A DNA stretch of 64,000 nt from the human T2T-CHM13v2.0 reference genome, Homo sapiens: assembly GCF_009914755.1 (NCBI RefSeq), contig NC_060936.1. One strand, 5' to 3'. Numbering within the stretch: position 1 is the first letter of the stretch; each line of letters opens with the position of its first letter. Under the pieces are notes generated by a model, which saw nothing but the letters and a program-made list of their open reading frames with translations, was not told the DNA's origin and ran no database searches. A program made the translations under genes and the position numbers. This document shows positions 21,466 to 33,320 of the stretch, piece after piece.

Positions 21466-21940
21466 AAAGAACTTACAGTTTAGTACTCAAGTTAAGACAG
21501 ATATTTAAATTGATGTAGAGGTAAAACAATGCAACAATGAATATGGCTGATACACCAACAATGTAGATAAAAGAATTATAAAATATATACCAATTAATTA
21601 AAGCAGAAAGAGAGAAGAGAGGAAACAAAGAACAGATGGGAATAAATAGGAAACAAAGTAGCTCAATGTTAGATTTAACCCCGATATTGATAATCACATC
21701 AACTATAACTTGTCTAACCCAATTGAAAAAAAAAAAGATTGTCAGATTGGAAAATAAAGTAATACCCAACCATATGTTGCCTAAAATAAACCACCTTTTT
21801 GTGGTGGGGTGGGGAGGGTTTTTTAATTGACAAATAAAAATCATATATATTTATGGTGTACAATATGATATTTGGAAATACGTATACATTGTGAAATGAC
21901 TAAATCAAACTAATTAACAGATGCATTTTTTTTGTGGTGA

Positions 21941-22498
<558 letters not shown>

Positions 22499-22717
22499 TA
22501 ACATCTGTTATATCTGTGGTTAGTGATCTTTGATGTGACAGTTGTAATTCTTTTGGGGTACCACGAACCATACCCATACAAGGTGGCAAGCTAAAATGTT
22601 GTGTGTGCTCTGACTGCTCCACCAACTAGTTGTTCTCTGTCTTTCTTCTTCTCCTTGGGCCTCTCTATTCCCTAAGATACAATATTAAAATTAGGCCAAT
22701 TAACAATTCTATAGTGT

Positions 22718-23030
22718 GGCTGGGCACAGTGGTTCATGCCTGTAATCCCAGCACTTTGGGAGGCCAAAGTGGGTGGATCACCTGAGGTCAGGAGTTTAAG
22801 ACCAGCCTGGCCAACATGGTAAAACCCCATCTCTACCAAAAAATACAAAAAATTAGCCAGGCAGGGTGGCGCATGCCTGTAGTCCTAGCTACTCGGGAGG
22901 CTGAGGGAAGAGAATCAGTTGAACCTGGGAGGCGGAGGTTGAGGTGATCCAAGATCGCGCCACTGCACTCCAGCTCAGGTGACAGAGTGAGACTCCATCT
23001 CAAAAAAAGAAAGAAAGAAAGAAAGAAAAA
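22718..23030 (+). mobile_element. AluSx within Tigger1
   Basis: Full dimer; TSD aat(t/c)ctatagtg. Confidence 0.9.
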
Positions 23031-23159
23031 AATCCTATAGTGGCCTCTAAGTGTTCAAATAAAAGGAAGAGTTGCATGTCTCTCACTTTAAATCAAAAGC
23101 TAGAGATGATTGAGCTTAGTGAGGAAGACATGTTGAAAACTGAGACAGGCTGAAAGGTA

Positions 23160-23424
23160 TGTCTCCCAGGCTAAAGGGCAGGGCACAATCATAGTTCATT
23201 GTAACCTCAAACTTCTGGGCTCAAGTGATCCTCCTGTCTCAGTCTCCCAGGTAGCTGAGATTACATGGCCCATGTCACGGTGCCCAGCTATGTTTTAAAG
23301 TTTTTTGTAGAGAGAGGGTCTTGCTATGTTGCCCAGGCTGGTCTTGAAATCCTGGCCTCAACTAATCTTCTTGCCTTGGCCTCCCAAGTCCTGGGATTAC
23401 AGGCATGAGCCACTGCACCTGGTC
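23160..23424 (-). mobile_element. AluJ lacking a poly(A) tail, within Tigger1
   Basis: AluJ motifs; no tail or TSD seen. Confidence 0.75.
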
Positions 23425-24506
23425 AAGGAAAAATTCTTGAGGGAAATTTAAAGTGCTACTCCAGTGAACACATGAATAATAAGAAAGCAAAACAGCCTTA
23501 TTGCTGATATGGAGAAAGTATCAGTTGTCTGGGTGGAAGACCAAACCAGCCACAACATTCCCTTAAACCAAAACCCAATGTAGAACAAGGCAATAACTCT
23601 TCAATTCAGTGAAGGCTGAAGGAGGTGAGGAAGCTTCAGGAGAAAAGTTTGAAGCCAGCAGAGGTTGGTTCATGAGGTTTATAGGAAGAAGCCAAGAAGC
23701 CATCTCCAGAACATGACAGTACAAGGTGAAGGAGCAAGCGCTGATGGAGAATCTGTAGTAAGTTATCCAGAAGAACTAGCTAAGATCATTAATTGATGAA
23801 AGTGGTCACACTAAACACAGATTTTCTGTGTAGAAAAAAAGCCTTCTATTGGAAGAAGATGCCATCTAGGACTTTCACAGCTAGAGAGGAGAAGTCAATG
23901 CCTGGCTTCAAAGTTTCAAAGGACAGGCTGACTCTTGTGTTAGGAGGTAATGCAGCTGGTGACTTTAAGTGGAAGCCAATGCTCATTGACCATTTTGAAA
24001 ATCCTAGGCCCCTTAAGAATGATGCTAAATCTACTCTACCTGTGTTCTATACATGGAACAACAAAGCCTGGATAACAGCACATTTGTTGACAGCACCGTT
24101 TATTAAATATTTTAAGCCCACTGTTCAGACCTACTGCTCAAAAAAAAAAAAAAAGATTCCTTTCAATACATTACTGCTCGTTGAGAATATACCTGGTCAC
24201 CCAAGAGCTCTGATGGAGATGTATAAGGAAATTAATGTTGTTTACATGCCTGCTAACACACCATCCATTCTGTAGCCCGTGGATCAAAGAGTAATTTCAA
24301 TTTTCAAGTCATATTATTTAAGAAGTACATTTTGTAGGACTATGGCAGCCATAGGTAATGATTCCTCTGATGGATCTGGGAAAGGAAATGGAGAGCCTTC
24401 TGGAAATGATTCACCATTGAAAAAGTCATTAACAACATCTGTAATTCATGGGAGAAGGTCAAAATATCAACATCAACTGGAGTGGGAAAAAGTTTATTCC
24501 AGCCCT

Positions 24507-25128
24507 TTGGGAGTGTAAACTAGTTCAAACATTGTGGAAGACAATGTGGCAATTCCTCAAGGCTCTAGAACTAGAAATACCATTTGACCCAGCGATCCCA
24601 TTACTGGGTGTATACCCAAAGGATTATAAATCATGCTACTATAAAGACACATGCACCCATATGTTTATTGCGGCACTATTCACAATAGCAAAGACTTGGA
24701 ACCAACCCAAATGTCTATCAGTGATAGACTGGATAAAGAAAATGTGGCACATATGCACCATGGAAAACTATGCAGCCATAAAAAAGGATGAGTTCATGTC
24801 CTTTGCAGGGATATGGATGAAGCTGGAAACCATCATTCTCAGCAAACTATCACAAGGACAGAAAACCAAACGTCGCATGTTCTCACTCATAGGTGGGAAT
24901 TGAACAACGAGAACACATGGACACAGTGCAGGGAACATCATACACTGGGGCCTGTTGTGGGGTGGGAGGCTGGGGGAGGTATAGCATTAGGAGAAATACC
25001 TAATGTAAATGATGAGTTGATGGGTGCAGCAAACCAATATGGCACACGTATACCTATGTAACAAACCTGCACGTTGTGTGCATGTACCCTAGAACTTAAA
25101 GTATAATAATAAAAAAAGCATAAAAAAA
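24507..25128 (+). mobile_element. 5'-truncated L1PA6-8 (ORF2 end and 3'UTR) within Tigger1
   Basis: [14 protein letters not shown]...SLIGGN, ggagaaatacctaatgta, poly(A). Confidence 0.9.
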
Positions 25129-26682
25129 GATCATGACTTGCTGCAGGCTCAGATGATGGTTAGCACTTTTTAGGAATGAAGTATTTTCAAACTAAGGTAT
25201 GTACATTTTTAAGATATAATGCTATCGCACACTTAGTAACTACATTATAGTATAAACATAACTTTTTATGTACACTGGGAAACCAAAAATTTATGTAACT
25301 TACTTGCCTGTGATATTTGCAATATCTTGGAGGTATGCCTGTATACAAAACATTGTTATTAACTATTGTCACTATGATGTATAATAGATTTCTGGAACTA
25401 TTCTTCCTGTCTAACTGACATCTTGTATCCTTTGACCAACATCTCCCCAATCCCCTTATCCCACAGCCTCTGATAACCACCATTTTACTCTTTACTTTTA
25501 TGAGGTTGACTTTATTAGATTTCAGATATTAGTGAGATCATATGGTATTTGTCTTTTTGTGTCTGGCTTATTTCACTTAACATAATGTCCTTCAGGTTTA
25601 TCTATGTTGTTGCAAATGATGGGATTTCCTTCATTTTTAAGGCTGAATAAAAAGACCAAATTTTCTTTATCCATTCACCCACTGATAGACACTTAGTGGA
25701 CTTTATATCTTAGCTATTGTGAATAATGCTGCAGTGAACAAGCGAGTTCAGTATCACTTCAATGTACTAATTTTATTTCCGTTGGATATATACCCAGTAG
25801 TGGGATTGCTGGATCATATGGTAGTTTTATTTTTTATTTTTTTGAGGAGCCTTCATATTGTTTTCCATAATGGCTGTACTAATTTACATTCCTACTAACA
25901 GTGTACAAGAGTTCTCTTTTCTCTACATCCTTGCAAAAACTTATTTTTTGTCTTTTTTTTTTTTTTTTACAATTTACATTTTAACAGGTGTGAGGAGATA
26001 TTTCACTGTGGTTTTGATTTGCATTTTCCTGATGATTAGTGATACTGAGTTTTTTTCATATACTTCTTGGCCATTTGCATGTCTTCTTTTGAGACATGTC
26101 TATTCAGGTTCTTTGCCTATGTTTTAACAGGGTTCTTTGTTTCTTTATTATTGAGTTGTTTGAGTTCCTTATATATTTTGGATATTAGCCGCTTGTTAGA
26201 TGTATGGCTAACAAATATTTTCTCCCATTCTGTTGGTTGTCTCATTATTCTGTTTATTGTTAAGGAACCCATTTTAAATATAAAGACACAAAGAGGTTAA
26301 AATTAAAAGAATGGGGGAAAAAGAAATACCATGCTGATGCTATATTAGACAAAGTAGATTTCAGAGCAAAAAATATTAGAAGGATAAAGAAGGTCATGCC
26401 ATAATGATAAAGAAGTGATTTGATCAAGAGGACACAACAATCCTAAACATCAATTTACCTAATAACAGAGCTTCCAAATAAAGGAAGCAAAAACTGATAG
26501 AACTGCAAGAAGTAGAATAATCTGCAATTATATTCAGAAATGTCCTTTCTCAATAAATGACAGAACAAGTATAAAGAAAATCAGTAGGGATATGGGATAC
26601 TTGAACATCACTATTAATCACCTTGACCTAATTGACATTTATAGAGCATTCCATCCAATGACAACAGGGAACACATTCTTCA

Positions 26683-27030
<348 letters not shown>

Positions 27031-27420
27031 CAAAATACAGAACATTTACCAAGATAGATCATATTCTGGGTCATAAAACAAGTCTCAAAAACCTGAAGAC
27101 GATCAATTCCTATAAATCTTTTTCTCTGACTACATGCACTAAAATTAGAAATTGACAACAGAAAGTAATTGGGAAAATCCCCGAATATTTGAAAATTAGG
27201 TCGTATGCTTCTAAATAACCCATGAGTCAAAGAGAAAGCAAAAGGGGAATTAAAAGGCATTTTTAACTGAATTAAAATGAAAATCCAACATATCGAAATT
27301 TGTGGGATGCAGCTAAAGTAGTACTTACAGAGAAATTTATAGCATTAGGTGTCTATTTTAGAAAAGAGGAAAGGTCTTAAATAAATGACCTCAGCTTTTA
27401 CCTTAAAAAATTAGGGGAAA

Positions 27421-27675
27421 TTTGGGAGGCTGAGTTGGGTGGATCACCTGAGGTCAAGAGTTTGAGACCAGCCTGGCCAACATGGCAAAACCCCGTCTCT
27501 ACTAAAAATATAAAAATTAGCCGGGTGTGGTGGTGGGTACCTGTAATCACAGCTACTTGGGAGGCTGAGGCAGGAGAATTGCTTGAACCCAGGGGGCCGG
27601 AGGTTGCAGTGAGCCAAGATCATGCCACTTCACTCCAGCCTGGGCAAAAGAGTGAAACGCCGTCTAAAAAAAAAA
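27421..27675 (+). mobile_element. 5'-truncated AluS
   Basis: Starts tttgggaggc; flanked by aaaaaattagggg repeats. Confidence 0.85.
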
Positions 27676-27858
27676 TTAGGGGGAAAAAAAGCAAGTGAAA
27701 CTCAAAGTAAACAGAAGGAAGGAAATAATAAAGATTAGAGTAGAAATCAATGAAACAGAACACAGAAAATCAGTGGAGAAAAATCAATGAAACCAAAAAG
27801 TATTTTTTGAGATCAATAAAGTTGATTAAACTTTAGCCAGACTAACTGAGAGAGGGGG

Positions 27859-27859
<1 letters not shown>

Positions 27860-27900
<41 letters not shown>

Positions 27901-27901
27901 A
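27860..27901 (+). repeat. (GA)n microsatellite
   Basis: Direct read. Confidence 0.9.
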
Positions 27902-28072
27902 TACAAATGACCAATATCAGGAATGAGAGAGGCGACATTACTACAAATTGTATAGATAGTAAAAGAATAATACAGGAATTTTATGAACACCTTTATGCCC
28001 ATATAAATAAAATAGACAAATTCCTTGATAGATAAAACTACCAATAAGAAATTTAAAACCTGAAAATCCCTA

Positions 28073-28750
<678 letters not shown>

Positions 28751-30364
28751 TCGAAACCCAAAACCCAAAAACTTTCCCACAAAGAAAACTCCAGGCCCAG
28801 ATGATTTCACTAGGCAATTCTACTAAACAGTTAAGGAACATGTAATATGAATTTTACACAAATTCTTCCAGAAAATTGAAGAGAAGGGAATACTTTCTTT
28901 TCTATGAGGCCAGCATTACTGTGATACCAGGACTAGACAAAGGCATTAGAGGAGAACTACAGACCAATGCACTTCATAACATAGATGTGCTAATTCTTAA
29001 CAAAATGTTAGCAAACCAAAGCCAGCAATATATAAAAAAGATAGTATGTCATGATCAATACATTACCCTAGGAACGTGAGTTTAGTTTAACACTTGAAAA
29101 TTAACCACTATATGTAAGACTAAAAAAAAAAAAATATGCAGAAAAAGCATTGACAAAATTAAACATCCATTATTGATAAAACCCCTCAGCCAAATAGGAA
29201 TAGAAGATTCCTTCCTCAACATGACAAAGGGTATTTAGAAAAAAAAGTCTACAGCCATCATCATGTTTAAAGGCCAAAGATTCAAAGTTTTCCCCCAAGA
29301 TGAGGAACTAAACAAAGATGTCTGCTCTTACCACTTCTATTCAACATTGTATTAGAGGTTCTAGCCAGTGCATAAAGGCAAGGAAAACAACGACGACGAC
29401 ATCTAGATTGGAAAGGAAGAAGTAAAACTGTGTATTTGCAGATTGTATGTTTATCAGTAGAAAATCTAAAGGACTCTACAAAAAGCTCTACTAAAGGTAT
29501 TAAATGAATTTAGCAAAGTTTCAAGACATATGATTAATATACAAAAATAATTATATTTCTATACCATACCAATGAATAATCAAATTGCCATATAAAAATA
29601 GCATTCAATAACATCAAAAATATGAAATATTTAGGAATAAATCCCAGAAAGGTGAGCAAGACCCATATCTTGAAAACTATAAAACATTGAAATTAAAAAG
29701 GACTAAAATAAAGTGTCCATGGAATGAAAAATTTGATTTTGTTATGATATAAGTTCTTCCCAAGTTGATCTACAGATTCAATGCAATCTTGATCAAAATC
29801 TCAGTGGATTTTTGTTGAAATTTGACAAGGTGATTCTAAAATTCATATGGAAATGCAAAGAACCTAGACTAGCAAGATCAATATTGAAAACGAAGGGCAA
29901 AGTCAAGGGCTGAAAGTACCTGATTTCAAGATTTATTATAAAGGCAGAGTAATCCAGACAGTGTGGTATTAGTGCCAAGACAGAAAAATATATCAATGAA
30001 ACAGAAGGAGAGTTTAGAACTAGATTCTTACATACTTGAGTAAACGATTTTTTGCAAAGGTGCAAGGGTAGTCAGTGGAGACAGGATAGTGTTTTCAACA
30101 AATAGTATGGGGACAACTATATATCTATGCAACAAAACAACAAAAGAACTTCAAACTACATTTCATACCACATACAAAAATCAATTCAAAATGGATTATA
30201 AACCTAAATGTAAACTCTAGAACTATAAAATTTCCAGAAGGAAACATAGGATAAAATATTTGGGGCCTTGTGTTGGGCAAAAACTTATTAGACATGACAT
30301 TAAAAGCATGATTCATAGAAGAAAAAATAATAAACTGAACTTCATAAAAATTAAGAAGGTCTAA

Positions 30365-30538
30365 TTTTTTTTTTTTTAAGAGACAGGTTCTGGCTATGTT
30401 GGCCAGGCTTGAGTGCAGCAGCTATTCACAGGCCCAATTATAACACATTATAGCCTCCAACTTCTGGCCTCAGGAGATCCTCTTGCCCGAGCCTCCCGAG
30501 TAGCTGGGACTACAAGTGTGCACCAGGACAACTGGCTG
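30365..30538 (-). mobile_element. Fossil Alu monomer (FAM/FRAM-like)
   Basis: Single diverged monomer with poly(T) and gctattcacagg. Confidence 0.7.
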
Positions 30539-30669
30539 AAGAACCTCTGCTTTTGGAAAAACACTGTTAAGAGAGTAAAAAGAATAAAAAGATAAGCCTA
30601 AACTGGGAAACAATATTTGCCAATCACATGTCTGACAGAAGATTTGTATCCACAATATATAAACAACTC

Positions 30670-30811
30670 TTTAATTTTTTTAAAAAAATTTTAGAATCAG
30701 AGTCTCCTGTGTTGTCCATGCTGGACTTGAAATCCTAGGTTTAAGCAATTATTCCTGCTCAGTGTCCAGAGTAGCTGGGACACCAGGCATGCGTCACTGA
30801 GCCCAGCCAGG
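30670..30811 (-). mobile_element. Alu monomer (FLAM-like)
   Basis: Perfect 15-bp TSD atatataaacaactc at 30655-30669 and 30812-30826. Confidence 0.75.
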
Positions 30812-31719
30812 ATATATAAACAACTCGTAAAACTCAATTAACAAGAAAAAACCCCACCAATTTTTAAATAGGCTAAAGACTTGAAGAGACACTTCGCCAG
30901 GAGGATTTACAGATGACAAGTCCATGAAAAGATGTTCAACATCTTTAGTCACTAGTGAAATGGACGACAGACCCACAGCGAGATAAAACTACACATCTAT
31001 TCAAATGGCTAAAATTAAAAAGACTGATCACTCCAAATGTTGGTGAGGATGTAGAACAACTGAAATTCATGTGCTGCTAGTAGGAATGGAAAGGCACAAC
31101 CACTTTGGAAGGCAGTTTGGCCCTTTCTTAATATGTTAAATATACACCTAAGACAGGACTCAGTTATTCCATTCCTAGATATTTATACCCACGAGAAACG
31201 AAAGTATATATATCCATACAAAGACCTGCACACGAAAGCTCATAACAGCTTTGTTCGTAACGGACAAACATTGGAAATAACCTAAATGTCATCAACAGGT
31301 GACTGGATAAACACATTGTGGTGTATCCCCATAAAGAATACTACTAAGCAGTAAAAAAGAACTCTTGATAGGCAACGACTGAATAATCTCAAAACGATTA
31401 TGCCGAGTGGAAGAAGCCATACAAAAAAGAGAGTTTGTACTGTATGATTCCATTTATTTAAAATTCCGGAAAATGCAAACCAATGTACAGTAATAGAAAG
31501 AAGATCAGTGGTTGCCTGGAGAGGGTGTGTGGGGGCGAGCGATGCAGGGAGTGATTACAAAGAAGCACACGGAGAAATTTTTGGAGGTGATGGGTGTGTT
31601 CATTACCTTGGTGGTGATGGTTTCATGAGTGCACACATAACTCAAAATTGTACAATCTAAACACACGCAAATATACCCCAGTAAAGCTAATTTTAAATGT
31701 ATTGTAGAGGGCACATTAT

Positions 31720-32045
31720 GTGATAAGCATACCATGTGCCTGGCTGTGTTAGCAATGTGTGAAGTGCATGCTCCCCGTTAGTACAAACAAGAAGTTTATA
31801 AGGTTGCTACTGTGACTGTTTCCTTTTACAGACGAGAACACTGAGGTTTGGAGAGGTTGTTACACCCTTTTTCCCTCTTGTGATTGGTGGTAGGAAAATA
31901 TTAAGTAGAGGAGAGACACAGTAAAGTGCCAAGAGCTCTGGCACTCATTACCTAGATCCTCGCGAGGGTGGAGTGAGCGGTCGAAATGCTCATGCCTACT
32001 TTACAGATGGACAGACTGAGGATCGGAAAGACTGAGGTGGCCTGG
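31720..32045 (-). mobile_element. MIR fragments
   Basis: ttttacagacgagaacactgagg; tttacagatggacagactgagg. Confidence 0.65.
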
Positions 32046-32249
32046 GGGCTGTCAGGGAGGCAGCGCCTCCCCGCTCCTGGCAGCAGGTCCCTGTGGGCTG
32101 AAACACGAGCCTCCACCTGCCGCTGACTGACTTCTCGTTTTTTCAGTGGGCCCAAGATCCTGTAAATTGAGTTCCCTGCGCTTTTGGATGTCAGAAACTT
32201 CACTGAGCGCGGCACTGTTGGGGGGCAGGAGAAAGGTAAGACTTGGCAC

Positions 32250-33320
32250 TGACGCGGGCCACAGAGCACGCGGGTCACCACGACAGCTTTCGGGTCTCGC
32301 CGCCCGGCGCTGGCGAGCAGCCAGCCAGCGTCTCGCGGCGGGTCCCGGTCCTCAGCCCGCGGCCCCTCCCGGCGGCTCGGCGGGGGCGTAGTGGAGGCGG
32401 GCCCGGGGACGCTCGCTGGCGCTCCCGCGCGGCGCCCCCTGCCGGCGCCCTGTTCCCTCTTGCCCCTGATCCGCTCCCGGCGGCGCGGAGACGCGAGTCT
32501 GAGAGCCTGCGGGCGGGCGGCGCGCTGCAGGCGAGCGGGCGAGCGGGCGCGCCCTGCAGGGGTAGGTGGGCCGCGGGGGCGCGGGCGGGCGGGCGCGAAG
32601 CGCAGGGAGGGGGCGGGGGCGGTGGCAGCGGCGCTTGCGGGCCGGGGCCGGCCCGGGCAGGGGGCGCGCGCGGAGGGGTAGGCGCGGGGGCGGGGCGGGC
32701 GGGGGGCCCGGCAGTAGGGGCGCGCGCGCGGTGGCGCGCGGCGGGCGCGAGTCATCAATTATGCAAGGACTCGGGCGGTGCGGGGGGCGGGCGCGGGGAG
32801 CGCTCCAAGATGGCGCCCACCGCAGTCCCGCCCGCCGCATCCTCGGCGCCTTTGCAGTCCGGCCGCGCCTCCCGGGCCCCGCGTTAGGGCCGCCGCTGCC
32901 TCCCTCGCCGCCGCCGCTGCCGTAAGTCGCCCCAGAGCCCCCGCCCTAGCGCTGCTTCCTGCCCTCCGGGTTTCCCTTCTCGCCTCGGGACCCTTGAGCG
33001 GGGCTCGCCCATCTCCAGTCAGGGGCTTTGCCGCAGAGTGCGCGGCGGGGCTCCAGGGGCCGTGGAGCTGGGGCTCTGCTCTCCTTGTTTTGGACAGGTG
33101 TTTGGAACTCTTGCTTCCTTCTACTGTGTGTACCGGGGGTCTCTTAAGAGAACTGAGGACCACCAGTCCCCACCCCGGACACCCTGCTTTCTCCGTCTCG
33201 GCTACAGTGAGGGACACGGCCCGTCCTTGGTGCCCCTTCCGCGGTGCAGCCCTCCATCCCTCCCTCAGTGCCGGGCAGAGTTGGGGCCCCTAGCCGGCTT
33301 GCACTGGGAAGGGCAGCGCT
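32250..33320 (+). promoter_or_regulatory. CpG-island promoter (Sp1/KLF GC boxes, NRF1-like GCGC repeats, YY1 motif CAAGATGGCG)
   Basis: Very high GC and CpG density; GGGGCGGGG near 32609 and 32686-32705; ccaagatggcg at 32805-32815. Confidence 0.92.
32750..32921 (+). other. Probable first (5'UTR) exon of an unidentified + strand gene; start approximate
   Basis: (GCC)n-rich UTR ending at donor GCC|GTAAGT (32921/32922); downstream L1s are mostly antisense, as expected in an intron. Confidence 0.7.

Noticed and set aside
23793-24275. Tigger transposase ORF as a domesticated TIGD-like gene
   Set aside because: Frameshifts, stops, Alu/L1 interruptions and a 3' deletion
24448-24903. 151-aa ORF fusing Tigger1 sequence to the L1 ORF2 C-terminus
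   Set aside because: Chance junction product; the Tigger part is out of the transposase frame and there is no promoter evidence
32750-32921. Assigning a gene symbol to the CpG-island gene
   Set aside because: No coding exon in the window; cannot be identified reliably without a BLAT search
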